This document shows positions 26,850 through 38,412 of a DNA stretch of 64,000 bases, piece by piece. This stretch comes from Fistulifera solaris (taxonomy: Eukaryota). The position numbers were made by a program, and so were the translations under genes. Each line of letters begins with the position of its first letter. The stretch's first letter is position 1. The notes under the pieces were generated by a model that saw only the letters and a program-made list of their open reading frames with translations, searched no databases and was not told the origin of the DNA. Where the stretch lies: NCBI GenBank assembly GCA_030295235.1, contig AP026141.1, forward strand, positions 434,001 to 498,000. Reading direction: 5' to 3'.

Positions 26850-28800
26850 CCTAATTTGAATACAAGTAGAAACGCATATCATTTTGTGAGTGAACTAGTC
26901 TCTTACAAGCGAGTCAGACTCACTGTAGCTCACAGATCTAAACTTGAAGATCGTTTTTGCTGCGAAAACAAATTATTCAATGAAACGAAATTCAGTCCTG
27001 GCTTTGTCGGCGTTTCTCGACACAAAGCAATAATCAGCCTAGTCTAAAACTCGTCGAATACCTTTTATTAGGCAAAAACAAATATAATCTTAGCGAACTG
27101 AATATTTTTACCGATTTTTGAAAGAGCAGTTCCGGTATTAAGGTTCCAACGAAGTGGTGAACCAAATAAAAAGTTTGGTCAAATCTATCGTCGATTCGTT
27201 ATCTACGATATAAAATTGTTTCCATCAAGTCAAAAAGTGTTCCAACCATCGAAACACGATACATTGAAGAACGCTTTCTGATATCTCTTCAGCACTTGTC
27301 GATTCGTTCGACATTGATATTAAATGACAGCAAATAATGCAGTCATCATCGCATTGCACAAGGTCGCTCGAAGAAATTACTTGATGCCGCCGTAACAAGC
27401 GAGCCCTCCATTTATGTTCCTTATCACCTTCAAGATTGTAATATCTCAAGCTTGAGGTTTAGTGTGTTGATGGGCTATTTGCGCTTGACATTAGATGCTT
27501 TTGACAGGAAGGATTAGCTGTGACGAAACTCGTGATCAAAGCAATGAGAAATTTCTGTGGTATTTCTATTGTTTGAATTGATGAATCATCAAATACTGCT
27601 TCTCCCGCCGCAAAAATAAGAATCCTTAAATGGCCAGTTTAGTTTAACATTATTTCCGATTAGGAGAGTTATCTTGCGTCTGCTGTGACGCAAGTATTGG
27701 TGCTTAAGATTCAATTGGTTTATGAAGACGTTCATCATATTCCGTCCTGGATTGGTACGTACTGTCTGGTGATAGATTGTTGTAGGTAGGTAGGTTAACG
27801 GGCTTCAGGAGGGGCGGAGGCATGCAGAACCTTAGGGGCGGACCGAAGTCGCTGTAACCCCGGCAGAGGTCACTCCGCTCCCCCAGCTTGCTCATTGCTT
27901 TAATAAATTCTTTAACTACTACTATCATCTTTTCCACGGTAACCGGCTCTCTATCCCACCACCTATGATAGCGAGTGCCTTCCGGCCATGATGGGTCTAG
28001 GGCCAATGTAGTCTTCGATCGTGCGCTGTCGGCGTGTGACGTACACCCGCATAGGCCACAGACCGGCTACTTCCAGAGCCCCCCTCGATAGGGGGGTAGA
28101 CCCACTCCTCCGAACCAGCTCTCTAGTTTTAAAGCCCTAGTACTGATGATCGGTAAAAAACCACACGAGGTGACTACACCACTACGGTTGTCAAGATCTC
28201 TGGTTGATATGGGAAATCTTGAGTCTTCGACTCGAAAAATACTAATTTCTTCTCTTTAATTCAGCGTATCTGGATAAGCACGATTTTGATTTTCCTTAAT
28301 CTTGAATTGTTTGTTTTAATACTTTCGGACGAGTTTCAGTTGTGCAGAGCGAAACAATTTTATTCTTCTTTGCGCTAAATACTCGGAACTTTATTTTGTT
28401 GACGACGGAGCATCTCCACTTTCTGTATTTAGGTGGCTGTTATTCATTTTATTTGTTTTCCAATAGCTTCTTCTTTAGGTGCTTTTTCAGTTTTGGTTTC
28501 AAATAAGCTTTGGTTCCCTTCTTTCAGGCAAGAGAAATTTTTCACTTGGATGCGTAGTTTACTTTGTTTTTTCGTCGGGTTTCATTTATTAAATTTCCTT
28601 TGCTTTTATCATGCAGTTTTGCCTCATCTTGAATGTACAATTGATGACGGCTGGAGGTAGAATTTTTAAAGGAAGTCGCGCGGGTAGTCTAAGTGACATT
28701 GCGAAAAATGTTTTTGCTAAAGGGGCAAGATAAGTGAAGTGTGTTGTTGATTGTGGATCATGGTTTCCTGTTTTACCTATTTTAAAAAAAATAACCACGG
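26850..28800 (-). pseudogene. Decayed ORF relic (coiled-coil-like), interrupted by a LINE-like fragment
   Basis: Protein-like stretches broken by stops, e.g. KLRIQVKNFSCLKEGNQSLFETKTEKAPKEEAIGKQIK*ITAT*IQKVEMLRRQQ and LRYYNLEGDKEHKWRARLLRR. Boundaries approximate. Confidence 0.4.
27782..28120 (-). mobile_element. 5'-truncated non-LTR retrotransposon (LINE-like) 3' fragment
   Basis: Minus strand encodes EEWVYPPIEG/ALEVAGLWPMRVYVTRRQRTIEDYIGPRPI...RWWD, resembling the C-terminus of algal non-LTR RT ORFs as I recall them. It is followed by a GC-rich structured 3' UTR and a (CCTA)3 tail, and forms a GC-rich island in AT-rich DNA. Confidence 0.65.
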
Positions 28801-28809
28801 AAAGTGACG

Positions 28810-28904
28810 CAATTCTAAAAATTCTTATTGCTCATTTTCTACAGGTCGAATGAGATTTTGACATGACTGAAGTTTCCACTGTTTTTTCCTCTTTTGTCAC
28901 AAAT
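28810..28904. repeat. Degenerate direct repeat, copy B
   Basis: Core tgactgaagtttccactgttttttcctcttttgtcacaaat, in the same orientation as copy A about 3.39 kb away. Confidence 0.75.
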
Positions 28905-29411
28905 GCTCCGATTCCGTTCTGGTACGTTGCCCTGAAGTTCTAGAGCTCTAGAGCCCTAGAGTGCTGCTAGTACAAGTAGAGAACGGGGAGTCCAAAACCC
29001 GTATCCCAATGAGGTGGAAATTGTCTTTTCCTTCTTTCTCTTGGGTTCCTTCCGGAGAAGCATACTGACAGACCGGACCAGAGAAAATCTCATGCGCGCT
29101 CTTATTGAAAGAACTGCTCTGGCTCATATACCTACTGGCCTTCCTTGCATGCTTGTTTTCTGTCTCTACTTTTGTAGTCTAGCTTCAGAAGAGAGTTTTC
29201 GCATCGCATTTCGTTGATAAGTTGCTAGTTTGGTCTGGCCTGCATCGGTACCTGGTAGCACGTGGCTCATCACCTCGATCATCGTTCACCGTGCGCCTAC
29301 CAAAATTTTCCGAAAAAACGTTCCAAAATTCCGTCGTGCTTGGTCGCGATCCATACGACGATGGCGTTGTCCCTCCTAATAACTGGAAAACTTGCTCAAA
29401 CATCGTTTACA

Positions 29412-30913
29412 ATGAGAACAAAGACTTTGTCTTTAATCGCGTCTACCGTGCTTCATAATTTGCACTACGCGTCGGCTTTCCACAATCAATTACGTTTCAC
29501 AAATTCTTTATCAAAGAGCTTTTGTTCTACGAACTTTGCCGTTCGAAGACCGCGATTGGACGTCCCCGATTTCACAATATTAGACGATAACAACGAAGAA
29601 GAGGGATGGGATTCCAACAATGAACGTGAAACGGGAAAAAGTCCTGAGTTGAGTGATCACTCTTCGGCGCCCGACGTCGCCAGCAGAGAACTCAAAACGG
29701 ACCGTCGCGGAAGATCAGATCGCGGCTCGCGGCGTCAAGGAGCCGGGGATCGAAAGAAAGACTCTCTACAATCTGCAAGTTGGATGCAGCGAAATAAGGT
29801 GTTCGCAAACGACAATAGTGACGACTGGAATGATCGAAATACAGGTATCGACGAAAACGTCGAGAATGCAAACTTTCGTCAGAATTTCAGAGGAACTCGT
29901 GTTTTTGTGACCGGCCTTCCTGACGACGTAACATGGCAAACCTTGAAGGATCACTTTCGTCAGGCGGGCGAAGTTGTTTTTGCGTCAGTAAGTGCTGATA
30001 TGGAAACAGGGAAATCCAAAGGATACGGGGTAGTTCAGTATGAAACGACACACGAAGCGCAAAAAGCAATTGAAACTATGCGTGAATATCCGCTAAATGG
30101 CTCTCAATTATGTAAGATTATTGTCATGTTTGCTTGCCAATCTTATGATCTTTCTCACTTACACACGCCTTGTGTCCTAGATGTTCGCCCAGATGTCCAG
30201 GAGAAGCAGGGGAAGGAGTTGGGAACCAGTTCCAGCAAGGGAGCGCGAGGACCAACACCACCTTCCAAGTGGAAGTGTGCAAACGAAGAAAACATTAGCA
30301 TGCTTTCTGAAAGTGAGCGTAAAGCTATTTTGTCACTGATAAAAGCTCGTGACGACGCCCGTAGACGTCGTCAGTATGATGCATCGGATACAATGCGTGA
30401 GGAGTTGAAAATTCGCTACAACGTTCACTTAGACGACCGATTGAAAATGTGGTGGTCAGCTATTGACGGAAATCAAGTACCTCAGTCTATACAAGAAATA
30501 AAAGGTGACGGCAGATGGGGAGATCAAAAGCCATGGCGTCAAATTCCAACCACACCGGAGAACGACGCTAGCGTAGATCCTGATCTTGTTAATGGGTTGT
30601 TGACCCAGCGAGATATTGCTCGTCGCGAAAAAGATTTCAAAACGGCTGACGTTTTGCTAGAGCAAGCACGAAATTCTCCGTCCGGCGACCTCTTTTGCGA
30701 ATACACGACGAAAGCCGAACATGGAGAATATGGACAAACGACCCCCCTTTGAAGGCAGTAAGACACCAAAAGGGCCCTGCTGAGCAATGTCTTGATTTAC
30801 TTGAAGAATTCGCACCCCACAAAGTCGACGAAATGAAAGTTCTTTTGGAGAAATTTCCGGGACGCGAATACAACATCTTGAAGAAGCTGAAGCAACTTTA
30901 CTTGAAAGAATAA
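29412..30913 (+). CDS. Plastid-targeted RRM RNA-binding protein with two CysRS anticodon-binding-like helical repeats
   Basis: Leader ...YASA-FHN. RRM (RVFVTGLP, SKGYGVVQY). Repeats ARDDARRRRQYDASDTMREEL and QRDIARREKDFKTADVL. Intron 30112-30180. Frameshift in the T-run near 30693-30696. Confidence 0.8.
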
Positions 30914-31023
30914 AGTTACTGCGATGTAATAAGTAGTTCCTAGTACAAAGGATCAGAGATTATTATTTGTTGCTTTTTACCAACTGATTAGTGGTTTAGA
31001 AGGCTCTGGCTTCGTCTCTGCTG

Positions 31024-32685
31024 CTACCTAGCATCCATGTATGGATGATTGCGGAGATCTCCTGATATGAACACGGCATCTTCTTCTTCCGCAACGTCTT
31101 CGTGCGGATATAGCTTGACCGCAATTCGACTAAAAATATTGGCTCCTTGCAGTTCAATGTGTTTGTAATCTAAAGGTTGGAAGTTGACCTCGCCGAACAT
31201 TGGTATAGCAACGACACCTCTGCCTTGTACTGTGGTCCATCCTTTCGACTCCCATCGCAGTTTCATTGGATGGACAGCGGCTTGTCCTCCAAATAAGAGA
31301 AGACGAGCGAATTCATCGCGACTGACCACCCAGGCTCCCATCCCAACTAAGCAAACCACCAGTGGCGCGAGGATCACGACAAAAAGCCGTGTCTCAACTT
31401 CTACAGGTCGATTCAAAGGTATCACCTCTCCAATCATCACAATGAGAACGATACAGATAAGCGCCGCCAGGGAGTATAAATTTCCAGCGGTTAGCTGCGA
31501 CTCTGTAAGGCGGTAATACCCGATTTGGTGCCCATAAATAATATACAACAGCGACGCTGAAACGATCGCCAGAAAAGCAATGATCGGACTCAATACTATC
31601 CGCCATCGTATCGAGTCTTCACCATAGTCGACTTTTAATATCGTCAACACCACAGAAGAGAATGCGAGAACCCAGCACAGTATTCTGAGCAAGTCTTGTG
31701 TTTTACAAATTATCCCGTTCACGATACCGCCGGTCAACAATATCCACAAGGGGAATAAAGCCCCAGTTAGTGAGATCGATTTGCGCGTGAGTCGAATGTA
31801 AATAAGAATCTCAAAGAGGAATAAACAGAATGACAGAAGACCCGTTTTAAATCCATATTTCAAAGATCGTTGCAGCAATGGCAAATACTCAGTCCGATTG
31901 AGATGATCTCGTGAATCAGACCTTTGTCTGTTCTCATTTGCTTCAGTAATAAACGCTGATAAGGCTTTTGCTGCCAATACGTGGAGCCAGAGTAAGCCTG
32001 CGTGAGAGGTCCATGCTGGCAATAGAATGAACCAATATGGCAGGCCAGGAAGGAGTCTAGTCCACTTTGACATACCGAAAAGGATAGTCAGAGCGAAGCC
32101 GACCGACACAACAATCTGAATGACAAGCGTGAGAGAATGACAGCAACAGAAACATTGATGGCGCAATATACTTTAGTCATATCTCACCCATGTTCTAGTT
32201 AAGGGCTTGAGTACTGTCAAGGCAGCCTTTCGCACCGTATAAACTTCTTCCGGAATTTCCAAAACAGGTTGATGAGAGGAGGTACTTGACGACATCCCGC
32301 TACCCGAGATCTGTATCCCCGAGAAATTTGAGCCATATCGTTGCGATGCGGAATCTTGTTGTGGCGGTATAGAAGACGTTGAAGCAGCTGTGTTGTAAAG
32401 AAGAGACTCTTCGTCTCGAGTTGTTTGTCGGGGGGATTGTGCGAAACGAGTGCCGTCATCAAGCGATTCATACCCATTGTGATTAGAAATGACATCATCT
32501 TGAGACATCATAACTTTGAAGTGTTGCTGATCAATAGGCGACGTACTGGTGCCCCGGCGCGACCGAACCGAACCCCCGCTATTTGCGTTGCGAAGCAGAG
32601 GGTCGGTTTCTCTCGCTATTGCAGGAATGCTACTGTTCTCTTCGTTTTTCTTCACCTTTTCACTAGACAGCAGTTGGAGACTCAT
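31024..32685 (-). CDS. Multi-pass membrane protein, TMEM185/Fragile-X-F-like
   Basis: About 8-9 TM helices with repeated W-x-x-x-x-x-P-x-W-type motifs (YWFILLPAW, ALFPLW, WRIVLSPI). Intron 32187-32116. Confidence 0.68.
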
Positions 32686-33378
32686 GTGTCGTCCCCGCGG
32701 TACGTGGAAAGCTTCCCTAGCTAAAAATGGATAAAATTGCTTGCGCCGAGTGTGAACACATTCGAACAATTCAGACAATAAGCATTTGTGCTTTTCTCGG
32801 TGCTCATTTTGGGCAGAAGCTGCGAAACGACCAAACACTTGCGAGCAACGAGCAACGAGCAATAACGAGCAAGCCAGCAAGCCGTGCTCCGTCGCGAAAA
32901 CCAACGGTACGCGTTAAACTTATCAGTAATCTGTGAAGGAGACGTACCGGTTATTGGAACGGATTAAACTTTCCGTTGCACATTTCAAACATACTATGAC
33001 GGATTACGAATTTTACGAGCTTGATTACTGATTACGAGTAACACCACTCTCCACGAGTCACGAGCGGAAATTTTTTGAATGAGTCATGAGTTTCAAATGA
33101 AATCTGGTGTACTTTTCAATATCGACATCATAACTCGTACTGGCACTTCTTTACAGTATGCGTGGCACTAATGAATTATTTGATGACGTCGTGGCTTTCT
33201 TTACGTGAGCCACGGTACGGTACAGGTACAGACGTAGTTAGCTGACGTCTGCGACGGTTTGCTGCTCGATCCCCGATCTTTCTCGCATCGCGATCGGCGA
33301 CGATGGCGCATTGATGTCGATAGGTTCTCTGTCAATTGAAAACAATACCTGTATCTTCCCTTGATTTACTCAACGAAA

Positions 33379-34853
33379 ATGAGATTTAATAACTTCCTCG
33401 TCGCCGCGTTGCTTCCCAGCTTCGGTAATGCTTTCGCGCCTTCTGCGCGCACCTCAATGGTAAGCAATGATGCATGATGTTTTCTATTGGTGGTTCGTCT
33501 TTTCGCTCACATTTGCTTATAAAAACAGCATGTCTCGCCTTCGAAAATAGCTACCGTGAGACCTTCTTCTCTCTCGGCATCGTATCCGCGCCATTATACC
33601 ACCGTAAGTAGGAGCGCTAATCTGTGTATCGATCTACTGACGAAGCTACATTTCACGGCGGCATTTTCCTAACGTCCGCATCTCTTCGTAGCTCGCCATG
33701 TCTGCAGAAGCCAGCGAGACACCCGAGACCAGCGAAACACCTGCGGAGTCCGTAGAGAAAAAGGCAGAATCATTTGGCTCGAAAGCCTTTGATTTGTACT
33801 TAAAGACAGCCGATGTAGCAACAAACTTGTTTCCTTTCTGGACAGTTCTGTTCACAGCAATTGCTCTCAAGAGTCCCCAGTCCTTCGCATGGTTCTCGAC
33901 GGAATACTTCACTGCTTGCTTAGCAGCACTCATGCTCTCAATGGGAATCACATTGACACCTAAGGACTTTGCCGACGTTGCTGCTAACCCGGTTCCCACG
34001 ATTCTGCAGTTTGCTCTCTGCTATGGTATGATGCCCGGTTTGGCCTTGGTTCTCGGTAAAGCTTTCGGAATGAGCCCCGCGATTATGGCTGGTATGGTGT
34101 TGGTAGGTAGCGTCAATGGTGGACAAGCTTCGAACTTGTGCACCTACATTGCCAAGGGTAACGTTGCTCTTTCGGTCCTTATGACTACAGCAACCACTTT
34201 GGGAGCCATTTTTATGACACCCATTCTTTGCAAGGCTCTTTTGGGTGCCGTCGTTCCTATTGATGCTTTGGGCATTGCCCGATCCACGATTGAGGTACGT
34301 CTGAATAAACTCGTGTCATTTTTTCTTGCCAGACGTTGACTCACATAGGACCGTCCTTTTTTTTCGAATGCAGGTTGTGTTGGTCCCGATCGTTGTCGGT
34401 ATGACAACCAACAAGTTCTTCCCCAACTTTGTTAAGGCTATCTTGCCTTTTGCTCCAGTTGTTGGTGTCGTCTCAACATGCTTGTTGGTGGGAAGTTCTG
34501 TGGCTCAAGTCGCGCCTTCCATCCTGGCCGCTGGATGGGGCTTGCAGGTTGCATTGAGTCTCTTGCATTTGATCGGAGGTATCGTTGGCTACTACATCCC
34601 CAAGTGGACTGGTTTCGGCGAAACGTCATGTCGCACCATGGCCATTGAGACTTCGATGAAGTCTTCGGCTTTTGGATTCTTGCTGGCCAAATTGCACTTT
34701 GGTGAATTTGCTGCCCGTGTTCCTTCCGCTGTTTCCGTTGTCTGGATGGCACTGACTGGAAGTATCTTGGCAGTGTTCTGGCGCTCTCGACCGGTGCCGG
34801 CGGACGACAAAGATGAGTTCAGCTTGAAGAAAATCTTCTCCTTCGGCAAATAA
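33379..34853 (+). CDS. Plastid-targeted BASS-family (bile acid:Na+ symporter) metabolite transporter
   Basis: Leader ...FGNA-FAP. Motifs LMLSMGITLT, GGQASN, GNVALSVLMT and RTMAIETSMKSS. Introns 33460-33528, 33604-33691 and 34295-34373. Confidence 0.92.
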
Positions 34854-34942
34854 GCGGTGTGCTACATGTACTTAGATTTTATTAAAACGAAGCTAATACC
34901 ATCTTTGACCAGATCGCCTTTTAAGGTGTCTTAGATTATCGT

Positions 34943-35599
34943 CTAGTCTCCCCGCTTTAAATAGCGGTTAAACTCCGAATACGCTGAATTTAAATCATGT
35001 TCGAGTTGCAAAGCATCATTATCCCCAATGACGTCAACAGCTCTCATTTCATTCAGCTTCTTCAGCCAGGACTGCACTTTCCGATTCGGTTCAAAGTCAT
35101 TCGGTGTGTCCGGTAATCTCGTCAAGGCATCCATGAGGTCGGATAACAAAGGATGCAATTCGAAGACTTCCCTCTTTCCTATTTGTATGGCATCCATGAC
35201 CGTAATAAATATCTGCACTGCCTCTGCAACTGTTGCAGCATGATTCGCATTTCCGGAACTCGATTTGAGCGGCTCCGGAACTCCCATACGCAGGAGTCTT
35301 TCTGTAGCACGAGGGCAGTTCATCTGATAGAGTGCCATAAACGTTTCGGTAGTCATGCTATCGGGCAAAACACGCTCCGCCAGTCGAAACTGACTAATTA
35401 ATTTTTTACATTGTTCCGTATAATCTTTTGGATCGATGGCATCACGGGCAAACGCTCGCTCCAGATGTTCGGTTGCCATTATTATGGAAAACAAATTCGC
35501 TTGCTCGTCTAATTCTTCGCGTTCTCTGCCATTCTCATAAAGAGGGACCTCGAATTCCTCGTCCGAATCGTCATTATTTGTTAATTGAGTCACACTCAT
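34943..35599 (-). CDS. VPS28: ESCRT-I subunit Vps28
   Basis: Motifs ANLFSIIMATEHLERAF, YTEQCKKLISQF, CPRATERL, FITVMDA, LHPLLSDL and WLKKLNEMRA. Confidence 0.95.
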   Translation of the reverse strand: MSVTQLTNNDDSDEEFEVPLYENGREREELDEQANLFSIIMATEHLERAFARDAIDPKDYTEQCKKLISQFRLAERVLPDSMTTETFMALYQMNCPRATERLLRMGVPEPLKSSSGNANHAATVAEAVQIFITVMDAIQIGKREVFELHPLLSDLMDALTRLPDTPNDFEPNRKVQSWLKKLNEMRAVDVIGDNDALQLEHDLNSAYSEFNRYLKRGD

Positions 35600-35982
35600 A
35601 GTTGATGCTTGTTAAAATAAGCTGTATTCGCGTTATAACATCGATGAAGGTTTAAACGTGCCTCTTCAGTTTTTTGTTTTCATACTTTGCGGCAAAAGCG
35701 CTTGCTTTCCGCAATCGAATATTCGGTAATTTGAAACCGGTACGAGGTAAGGAACAGTTGGTATTAATTTGTGATGTGTCGCATTTAATAGAATGGGTAC
35801 CGTTAAGAGGAAAAGGCTTTCGCTCTGCCGGCGTGACATCAAACCTGGCAAAAGAACGAAAAGCAAAGTTCATTCGTTTCGTCATCACTTTTGTGAAGCA
35901 GGAAGAATCTTCATCATTCATTTTTGAATGGAAAGCATCCAGACCTTTTATCGTCATCGAATTACAACTAGAGGAAACCAAG

Positions 35983-37675
35983 ATGCCGGACCGCATTCAG
36001 TTTGGTTCCTGCAACAGCCAGCATTACGAAAACGTCATGTGGCCTCACATGAAATCGCGTCAACCTTCCGCGTTCGTTTGGGTCGGCGACGCTGTTTACG
36101 CCGACGATTTTGAGTGGACGCCGGCCGCCGAACGTCAATCGATCAAGGATTCTCTCAAACGTAGAGTAAAAGAGGCTGTACCGGAGGATTTGGAGCGTCT
36201 GTATCAGAGTCTGTTAAAGAATGACGGCTATCGAACCTTCATTCAGCCCGAGAAAGAAAATGAGACCGGACCGCTGATCATGGGGACTTTTGATGACCAC
36301 GACTACGGACGAAATAACGGTGATCGCACCTACAAGTACAAACGAGAAAGCGCGATGTCATTTATGGATTTTATTGCAAAAAGCAACAAAAACGCACAGT
36401 CCAGCGAGTTCGGAACGATGGAGAACCGGGCTGCTTCTGGGAAGGGGTTATACGGTGTCAAAGTTTTAGATTTCAGTAAGCCGCCGGGTAAGCAGGTCTT
36501 ATCGGATCAAGAAGCTGGTTTGGATTCAGATGCGGTTCCGGAATGGAATCCAGCTCTTCGGTTGTCGGATAAGACTGTCGCCATTTTCGTGCTAGATTGT
36601 CGAAGTAACAAAACACCTTGGCCAAAAAGGTCCTTTTTTGCACCGTCTACCAGCAAGGGAGATTTTCTTGGTGAAGAGCAATGGCGATGGTTTAAAGAAG
36701 CGCTGCGGCGATCGACTGCACGCGTCAATATCGTCGTACAGGGACTGCAAGTCCACGCCGAACACATGTTTGACGGAAATATAGCCGAAGAATGGAGGTA
36801 AGCTGTCACTTTACCGGTCAAGGTAGACTCCCACATTTCGATGATCCTCTTTCCCTGACATATTCTATTTTAGTTTGTTTCCTCGCTCCCAGCATCGCTT
36901 GTATCAGTCTATCTTGCAATCAAATGCGAGTGTCCCCATCCTTGTCAGCGGAGATGTGCATATGTTCGAATTGTCACGGAAAGACTGTAGAAAGGTTACG
37001 GAAACGAACGAGCGGTACGACGTAGACGTGCAATATAGGCCGCTCATTGAAGTAACAACAAGTGGATTGACGCATTCATGGGGGACGAGATCATGCGCCC
37101 GACCAAAAGAGAACTTTGTTTGTACTTCTCCCTATTTTCAACGCGCAATTCACATGGCGGCACACTTGGCACATTTGAGTGGTGCCTGGACTGAACTAGT
37201 TGATTTGGATTGTAATGAGGCACAAGAAGGCGCAAAATGTGGCATCCAGTACTCTATTTTGCAGAATTTTGCCGAATTTGAATTCGATTGGCACAAAGAA
37301 GAAGTCACACTTCGTGCCTTTGGAAGTGACTTGAATACTTCACCGCTTGTAAGCACGACGTGGAATTTCACCTACTTATCGACTCCTACCACACGCAACG
37401 AATCACCTTTTGTGAAGCTAACTGATTATACCGAAAAGTTTCAGGATCCGGTGCTGGAAGGATTCGCCCAGGGTGGAGACTGGATTTGCATCAATCACAG
37501 AGGGCCAGTGACCTTTGCTATGAAAGTATACGGTGTAGCTGGTCCCAGCCTTATCATCTGTTTTGCTATGATCTTTCCTTTGGTTTTACCGCTTGTGCTT
37601 ACTTTCGGCCTCATCAAAATTCAAGGACGAAAGAACAAGTCTAGACATAACTCAGAAAATAGTCGTCAGACTTGA
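35983..37675 (+). CDS. PhoD-like metallophosphatase with C-terminal TM anchor
   Basis: Motifs QFGSCN, WVGDAVYAD, TFDDHDYG, LDCR, LGEEQWRW and SGDVH. Intron 36798-36873. Start codon uncertain. Confidence 0.88.
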
Positions 37676-38412
37676 TTACATATTTGACTGGATGACTATG
37701 GCTAGTTCCTCGAAACTTGTGATAGATTGTTTTTGATCACTTCATAATGAGTTGCATCTTTTTGCAAAGATTTAGATGTTAGCTGTTCGACTAAACACAA
37801 GACCACTTTTGTGTAACCCGAGCTAACTTTTCTATGTGACATCATGGTGTGACTTCTATTATTGCGCCCAGATGACGCGAGGAACATGAAAGTCATCCAC
37901 TGTGACATTTCTTTTCTGTTTTTCAGATAACAAGAGTAGTTTACACTGAGATTTAACGTACTCCAACGGTACAAGCGATTTTCAACTCCTTGCGCGAGTC
38001 GTGATCAAAGCGTGCTCTGTGAATGTAGGCCGTAAGAGTAGGAGCTCGATCGAGGATCGAGTGATTGATTCGGTTTGGATTCTTTTATTCCATCCTTTTG
38101 ACGTTAACGAGTGCGGTACTCCGGCGTTTCGCGGAAGAGCAGAGCAGAGATCTGGCGATTGATGAGAGTGAGTGCAGGAATAGAGAAGTCGTTGCCGGTT
38201 CACCAAGAGTCTAGTTGATCCACGTATTGTGACGATAGTTGCTTGTTTTGATCTAACACAGAACCACAGATTTTCCCGACGAGTGAGATTGACTGCTCCG
38301 AATAGAACATCCGGAAAGCTTCAAGGCTTTTTCTTGTGATCTTTGAGTGTTACAGACGATCGATCAACAGGCGATCTTCTCATAGACTAAAAATTGGGAT
38401 CTGTTTAGAGAT

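Noticed and set aside
28143..28185. CTGATGA followed by a short stem, resembling a hammerhead ribozyme core or box C
   Set aside because: There is no GAAA after stem II, no convincing stems I and III, and no properly placed box D with a terminal stem.
35674..35982. In-frame N-terminal extension of the PhoD ORF from a TTG start
   Set aside because: It spans the divergent VPS28/PhoD promoter, lacks an ATG, and is probably non-coding.
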